A stretch of DNA of 47,124 bases. Origin: Acutalibacteraceae bacterium. GTDB taxonomy: Bacteria > Bacillota > Clostridia > Oscillospirales > Acutalibacteraceae. The stretch covers positions 1 through 47,124 of the forward strand of contig JAZPXM010000152.1 of NCBI GenBank assembly GCA_045543675.1, in the 5' to 3' direction. Shown here in pieces: positions 42,548 to 47,124 of the stretch. The notes under the pieces are model-generated. The model was not told the DNA's origin. It made no database searches and saw only the letters and a list, made by a program, of their open reading frames with translations. Position 1 is the first letter of the stretch, and each line of letters starts with the position of its first letter. The translations under genes and the position numbers were made by a program.

Positions 42548-43416
42548 TACACAGCACCACCTTTCACAAGCCCTATGGTGTTCACTTTTTCCAAATTGGC
42601 AACGGTGCGTTCCACGTACGCGCTGTCGGGTGCAAACGCCGCTAACGTATCTGCGTGTAATTCACGGGTTGCCAACTTGCCGCTCGAAAATACCGTGTAC
42701 GCAATTTCCTGACACAGCAACCCCAGCGATTTATACCCGTCAAAATATTTGTTTTTGCGCATCTTATCCACCGTTTTGCCAAGCAATTCCCGTCCGTCTG
42801 TCGCAAGGGTCAAGCCGTAAGCGGCAAGATTTTTTTCGATATAATCGGTCAGGTCCTGCGTGTTGGGCAGTTTCAGTTCCACCCGCTCTATACGCAAAAA
42901 CATAGACAAAAACGCTTCTAAATTATGTAACTTCTGTTTGTCCGCACAACTGACAGACAGAATAATAAACCACGTATCTTTATGCGCGGCAAGGTATTCC
43001 ATAAAATGCGCGAAATACCGCTCTTCGTAGTGGTCTACCCATTCGTCCACGTCGATACGGATAATCCCTTTAAACTCGCTGCGGAAACCCGCCGCATTTT
43101 TTACCGCTTCCATCAACCGTTGCAATTCGCTGAACGGCGCGGCAGGCGGCGTATACCCCAGCACAAACTCGAAGAATTTCACGTCCCCGTAAAACTCCAT
43201 CAAATTACCCTTAGATTCCAGATATTCCGCAATCAGTTCCAGAAAGAACGTTTTGCCGACACCTGATTTTGCCACCCACAACATATCGGGCAACAAAATG
43301 GGCGCATGCACGGGTTGATCCCGCATATTTTCGGACAGCGTTTCCCATTTTCTGATCAACGGGCGTAACTGTTCCGCTTCTTTTTGTCGCATCACCTTAT
43401 CAAAACACGTTTCCAT
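42547..43416 (-). CDS. P-loop/AAA-like ATPase of unknown function
   Basis: Walker A is WVAKSGVGKTFF, and a possible Walker B is IIRIDVDEW. The ATG at 43416 (METCFDKV) follows AGGGGG. The stop overlaps the VirD4-like start (TAATG). Confidence 0.5.
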   Translation of the reverse strand: METCFDKVMRQKEAEQLRPLIRKWETLSENMRDQPVHAPILLPDMLWVAKSGVGKTFFLELIAEYLESKGNLMEFYGDVKFFEFVLGYTPPAAPFSELQRLMEAVKNAAGFRSEFKGIIRIDVDEWVDHYEERYFAHFMEYLAAHKDTWFIILSVSCADKQKLHNLEAFLSMFLRIERVELKLPNTQDLTDYIEKNLAAYGLTLATDGRELLGKTVDKMRKNKYFDGYKSLGLLCQEIAYTVFSSGKLATRELHADTLAAFAPDSAYVERTVANLEKVNTIGLVKGGAV

Positions 43417-43441
43417 AGCGATACCCCCTATACGTAATTTT

Positions 43442-43470
43442 ATCATAATACAAAAAGTCACAAAATGCAA
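43442..43470 (-). promoter_or_regulatory. Candidate promoter of the ten-gene operon
   Basis: The minus strand reads TTGCAT (43470-43465), a 17-nt spacer, then TATGAT (43447-43442), about 26 nt upstream of the first ATG. Confidence 0.55.
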
Positions 43471-43517
43471 CATTTTATTCTGTTTTGAAAGAAAATGTTC
43501 TTTTTTTATATAAAGTC

Positions 43518-43546
43518 TTTCAAAACCGCCTGCGCTGTGCTATAAT
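43518..43546 (+). promoter_or_regulatory. Candidate divergent promoter (extended -10)
   Basis: TGcTATAAT at 43538-43546 with a weak -35 (tttcaa) 17 nt upstream. Confidence 0.4.
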
Positions 43547-43574
43547 AAAGCGGTATAAAAAGGGGGTAACCGCT

Positions 43575-44819
43575 ATGATAAGCCCGTATATTTTGCGGTA
43601 CGCGACTACCGAAGCTACAGCAGAGCGTATCCGGTATTTTTTAAGAGACTGTTTTCATATTTGTCAGCGCGAACTGCCCGAAGAACAACGCAGTGTGTTA
43701 ATGGCGTGTGACTTGATATGGGATTTTGAAAATAACACGTGTTTCCCGCTGTTTATTCGCCGCGGGTACGGGTTTTGTGACCTTGTCACCGACCCGCTCG
43801 CCCCCGCGCAGAAAAACCTGTTTGAAAACGCAAATTTTCTCACGGATGTGGAAGACCGTCGATATCTTTTGCGGTTAGAGCGGCCCCTCAATCCCCTGAT
43901 GCGTGAAAAAGAAGAAACGCTGAGCAAAAGCGTGTTGCGGTCTTTGCGCGGTTGGTATCAACAGCACGATTTGACGCAAAGCGCCGCCTGTGCGGCAATA
44001 CAAATCGAACAATGCGGCTTTTTCGGGGTTGTCGACCCGCGCGGGAACGTATTGGTCCCGCCGCTGTATAAAAGCATCGTTCCCTTTTCCGTACGGTTGC
44101 AGGAAATTGCTTTGTTTGTGTGTTATCGCGGCGACAAGTTTACCAACACGGTGGACGTATACGATATCAACGGCAACAAGATATACGAAAACATCGGCGG
44201 ATTATATTTACATACCGAAGAAGTAAAATACGCTTTTTCCGGTGAAGACGGCAACGCGCCCGGCGCACGGGTTGCGGAAACATTGCGGGTGGTACAGTAC
44301 ACACAACCGCCGCTTTCAGACAAAGCGCCGCCGTATAAAGAGTATATTCGAAAGGTCAGCAACTTACGCCTTTTGCCCGTTGCAGAGAAGGACGACGGTC
44401 CCCGACGGCTGGCGCGGTTTTCCGACGCTTTGTCGTATGGTCGCAACATCGAAACCATAGATCTGCGGGATATTCACGACGTGTTGTACCCGCTCGCCGA
44501 AAAAATGGGCGCTTACCACGGGGAAACCGCCGCAGAAATTATGCTCAGCATTCCCCATTGGAACTTTTTCCGCAAGGGACATACCCGTATGGACGCGGTC
44601 GTTCCCGACCTGCCGCTTCATTTGTTATTGGATATGCCCGAAAATATACGCACGTTTTTTGAAAATATCGGCTTAAAAACCGTTACTGACGTTGCCAATA
44701 CCGACTTAACAGACTTTTGCAACGGTGACCGATCTTTGGAATTCGCGGTGTTTTTATTTCAGGCGCAGATACAATACACCTTGGCACATCCCGCAGAAGA
44801 TGATGAACAGGAGACATAA
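43575..44819 (+). CDS. Hypothetical protein with WG-repeat-like segments
   Basis: The ATG at 43575 follows AAGGGGG. GFFGVVDPRGNVLVPPLYKSIVPF and VDVYDINGNKIYENI resemble WG/KWG beta-repeats. The C-terminus NIRTFFENIGLKTVTDVANTDLTDF is HhH-like. Confidence 0.4.
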   Translation: MISPYILRYATTEATAERIRYFLRDCFHICQRELPEEQRSVLMACDLIWDFENNTCFPLFIRRGYGFCDLVTDPLAPAQKNLFENANFLTDVEDRRYLLRLERPLNPLMREKEETLSKSVLRSLRGWYQQHDLTQSAACAAIQIEQCGFFGVVDPRGNVLVPPLYKSIVPFSVRLQEIALFVCYRGDKFTNTVDVYDINGNKIYENIGGLYLHTEEVKYAFSGEDGNAPGARVAETLRVVQYTQPPLSDKAPPYKEYIRKVSNLRLLPVAEKDDGPRRLARFSDALSYGRNIETIDLRDIHDVLYPLAEKMGAYHGETAAEIMLSIPHWNFFRKGHTRMDAVVPDLPLHLLLDMPENIRTFFENIGLKTVTDVANTDLTDFCNGDRSLEFAVFLFQAQIQYTLAHPAEDDEQET

Positions 44820-44821
44820 AT

Positions 44822-45712
44822 ATGCAATACATATCCGTGCAAATTTCCTTGGTGGCGTTATTACCCACTCTGCTGTTATGCTGGTACATCTATGAAAAAG
44901 ACCGCGTGGAAAAAGAACCTAAAGGATTACTCTCCTTGCTGTTTTTGGTGGGCGGCATCGGCTTTATCCCCGCGTATTTCGCTGAACGCGGCATAGCAGG
45001 GCTGATAGACGGGTGGTTTGCGTCCCGCCTATCCTTTTCCGCAGAAGGCGCGTTGCTGTTCGATAACGCAGGTGTCGCTTTCGCACACACCGCACTTTTC
45101 GCTTTTTGCGGCGTGGCGCTGGTAGAAAACAGTATAAAGTGGCTTCTTTTGGTACTCATTACCCGTAAAAGTCGCCACTTTAACTGCTTGTTTGACGGGC
45201 TGATCTACGCGTCCTTTGTGTCGCTGGGGTTTGCGGCGTTTGAAAGCGTTGCGTACGCATGGCAAAACGGGTGGGACACTTTATGGTTGCGCCTTGCCAC
45301 CGCCATTCCCTGCCACCTGCTTATTGGCGTGTTGATGGGATACGGTTACACCTTGTGGCACACGTTTGACAGCGCACAAAAAGCCGAACGCCGTCTCGTA
45401 CAGGACGGAACGGTGTCCGCCGCCAACATCCGCGGCGCAGGCGGATTTTTGACCGCCGGTTTTGTCGTGCCGTTGCTTACCCAAGGACTATATGTAACCG
45501 TAGGGTCTTTCTACTCCACCCTTGTCAGTACCCTGTTTTATGTAGCGGTAGGCATCTTGTTTGTATTGTGTTTCGTAGGTATCCATTTGTTGTCGGATAA
45601 GGATAACCCCACCGAGAAAACATCGCTTATCCTGCTTTTGCGCAAGCATCCCGATACGGATATTACCCTGCTCCGTGAAGCGATAAACGCGGAGGTGTCG
45701 TATGGAAAATAA
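44822..45712 (+). CDS. PrsW-family intramembrane protease
   Basis: Polytopic, with YIYEKDRVEKEP, VENSIKW, SLGFAAFES and PCHLLIG motifs characteristic of PrsW. There is a 2-nt gap from the upstream gene. Confidence 0.75.
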   Translation: MQYISVQISLVALLPTLLLCWYIYEKDRVEKEPKGLLSLLFLVGGIGFIPAYFAERGIAGLIDGWFASRLSFSAEGALLFDNAGVAFAHTALFAFCGVALVENSIKWLLLVLITRKSRHFNCLFDGLIYASFVSLGFAAFESVAYAWQNGWDTLWLRLATAIPCHLLIGVLMGYGYTLWHTFDSAQKAERRLVQDGTVSAANIRGAGGFLTAGFVVPLLTQGLYVTVGSFYSTLVSTLFYVAVGILFVLCFVGIHLLSDKDNPTEKTSLILLLRKHPDTDITLLREAINAEVSYGK

Positions 45713-46898
45713 GAAAAAAGGATGCGGCTGTTTTAAATATCTGTTTTTTCTGGTGGTCATCATTTTCGTGGTAACGCAACTGGTCAACAACGGCTTGTTT
45801 GCGTCTAAAACCCCTGCGAGCGAAATAGACGATATTTCCGTGGATGACCGTTTTTACTACGCGCAATTAAATACCACCGAAAAGACCGTGTATCGTGCTT
45901 TATTACAGACCGCACAAAACGGCGACCTTACATGCCGCCTTTCCGAAGTGGATTATGACACGTATGTTGCCGCCACCAACCGTGCGGCAGTCGCCCTTTC
46001 GCTCGATCACCCCGAATTGTTTTGGCTGAACGGCGGCTGGACAGCAAACGGCACCCGCGGTTTTGACAGCAACAGCGACACCATCACCATTCAATTGGGT
46101 GCCTATGCATTCTGGGACTACGTGTCCGCACCGCAAAAATACATCGACATCTTTGAGTCGGCGGTAAATGCGGTGGTAGCGCAAGCCGAGAAATATACCA
46201 ATGTATATGACAGGGTGGAATTTGTGCACGATTACATTGCGCACAACGCCTACTACGACTACGACCGTTTGGAAGAAGCCAAAAAGACTATGCACGTGGC
46301 ATCCAGCGAATATATTTACTCTGCATACAGTTGCCTTGTGCAAAAAGCGACGGTGTGCGCAGGATACGCCAAAGCGTTTCAGGTAATTATGCAACGGCTC
46401 GGCTATAACTGCACCTACGTGCGCGGTGATGCAGGCGGCGCACACGCATGGAACTACATCGAATTGGATGACCAAGGGTATTTTTTGGACGTTACGTGGG
46501 ACGATGCTGATTGGCGTACCGACAGCGGGGCGGTACGCTACCCCAACGACGCGAAATACGACTATTTCTGCATCACCAAACGGGAACTCAACAAAACGCA
46601 TATAGAGGACGAAAGTCTGTTTAATATTCCCGACCCCACCGCCACAAAATACAATTACTACGTCTACAACCATTACCGTGTGCAGACCTACAATTTCGAA
46701 ACGGTCGCCGCCATATTGGACGATCAAAGGGACAAGTCGGTGATATGTGTGCAGTTTACTTCGCTCGAACAAATGAACAAAGCCAAAGCCGATCTGTTTG
46801 ACAAAGGAAAATGGTCAAGGGTCCCGTCTCTCAAAGGCAGAAAGATCTCCTACATCACCGATAAAGACCACCTATCCTTTACCATATTAAAAAAATAA
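45702..46898 (+). CDS. Membrane-anchored transglutaminase-like (papain-fold) protein
   Basis: An N-terminal TM segment with a Cys-His-Asp core: ATVCAGYAKAF, GGAHAWNY, LDVTWDD. It overlaps the prsW-like gene by 11 nt. Confidence 0.75.
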   Translation: MENKKKGCGCFKYLFFLVVIIFVVTQLVNNGLFASKTPASEIDDISVDDRFYYAQLNTTEKTVYRALLQTAQNGDLTCRLSEVDYDTYVAATNRAAVALSLDHPELFWLNGGWTANGTRGFDSNSDTITIQLGAYAFWDYVSAPQKYIDIFESAVNAVVAQAEKYTNVYDRVEFVHDYIAHNAYYDYDRLEEAKKTMHVASSEYIYSAYSCLVQKATVCAGYAKAFQVIMQRLGYNCTYVRGDAGGAHAWNYIELDDQGYFLDVTWDDADWRTDSGAVRYPNDAKYDYFCITKRELNKTHIEDESLFNIPDPTATKYNYYVYNHYRVQTYNFETVAAILDDQRDKSVICVQFTSLEQMNKAKADLFDKGKWSRVPSLKGRKISYITDKDHLSFTILKK

Positions 46899-46952
46899 AG
46901 CGGTATTGCATCAAGGGTGCGGCAACCGCGCAACAGATGCATATATATTTCT

Positions 46953-46985
46953 AAAAAAAAGAGAGAATGTACCGTGACGGTACAT
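46953..46985 (-). terminator. Possible minus-strand terminator
   Basis: atgtaccg-tga-cggtacat 8-bp stem. A U-run follows 6 nt later on the minus strand. Confidence 0.35.
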
Positions 46986-47024
46986 GAAGTAGTCAATAGT
47001 TAGTAGACACAAAAAAGGAAAGAA

Positions 47025-47124
47025 TTAAGTTGCCAGTTCAAGCCTGTATTGGACTGGCGGTTTTCTTTTAAGTTTTCGAACAGGACGTATGTAATTGAAG
47101 TAGTAAACGGTATCAGCAACGGTT
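47025..47124 (-). mobile_element. 3' end of an IS3-family transposase (OrfB/rve C-terminus), truncated by the window edge
   Basis: The minus-strand translation TVADTVYYFNYIRPVRKLKRKPPVQYRLELAT* matches the characteristic IS3/IS150 OrfB tail (Y.YYN..R....L....P..YR). Confidence 0.6.

Noticed and set aside
47036-47050. gttcaagcctgt, similar to the tRNA-Leu T-arm (gttcaagtcctgt), considered as a possible attR copy
   Set aside because: The match is short, has an indel, and lies inside the coding tail of the IS3 transposase (it encodes ..YRLEL..). It is most likely coincidence.

Overview
This window looks like chromosome from a spore-forming Clostridia-type Firmicute: it carries a spoIIAA-spoIIAB-sigF operon, GGAGG-type ribosome-binding sites (RBSs) and lipoprotein lipoboxes. 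Positions 1-30.6 kb are mostly recognisable core or accessory genes. They comprise tRNA-Thr(CGT), an XRE regulator plus ilvE, a heterodimeric ABC exporter with one degenerate ATP site, and an acyltransferase-3 membrane protein. Next come a TetR gene co-transcribed with a 2080-aa vWA/isopeptide-domain surface adhesin, a zur-znuACB operon with a Zur box, and a lysine riboswitch in front of an NhaC-family (LysW-like) transporter. The remainder is a LysM/M23 peptidase, a BMP lipoprotein, DUF951, prfA-tsaC-coaE-slt, an M18 aminopeptidase, ispF, spoIIAA/AB/sigF and a sugar-phosphate isomerase. Immediately after tRNA-Leu(CAG) at 30.7 kb the character changes. There is an array of AATGATG motifs, an amber-interrupted DUF3784-like gene and AT-rich non-coding DNA. 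These are followed by a tightly packed ten-gene minus-strand operon (32051-43416) with one promoter and one strong terminator. Its gene order is: P-loop/AAA-like ATPase, soluble VirD4/TraG-like ATPase, ClpP, XRE HTH, Card1/Can2-like CARF-nuclease, two YbjN paralogues, a 1140-aa Clp_N/ClpB-D2-AAA/FtsH-AAA/M41 chimeric protease, a membrane Rossmann+RyR protein and a stand-alone RyR-domain protein. The window contains no Cas genes, CRISPR array, nucleotide cyclase, relaxase, T4SS channel or phage structural genes, and I cannot assign the cluster to any named system. It is my main candidate for an undescribed (probably defence or conflict) system. A divergent three-gene operon (WG-repeat-like protein, PrsW protease, transglutaminase-like protein) and the 3' end of an IS3-family transposase close the window. 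All calls come from reading the sequence and the ORF translations. No database search was run.
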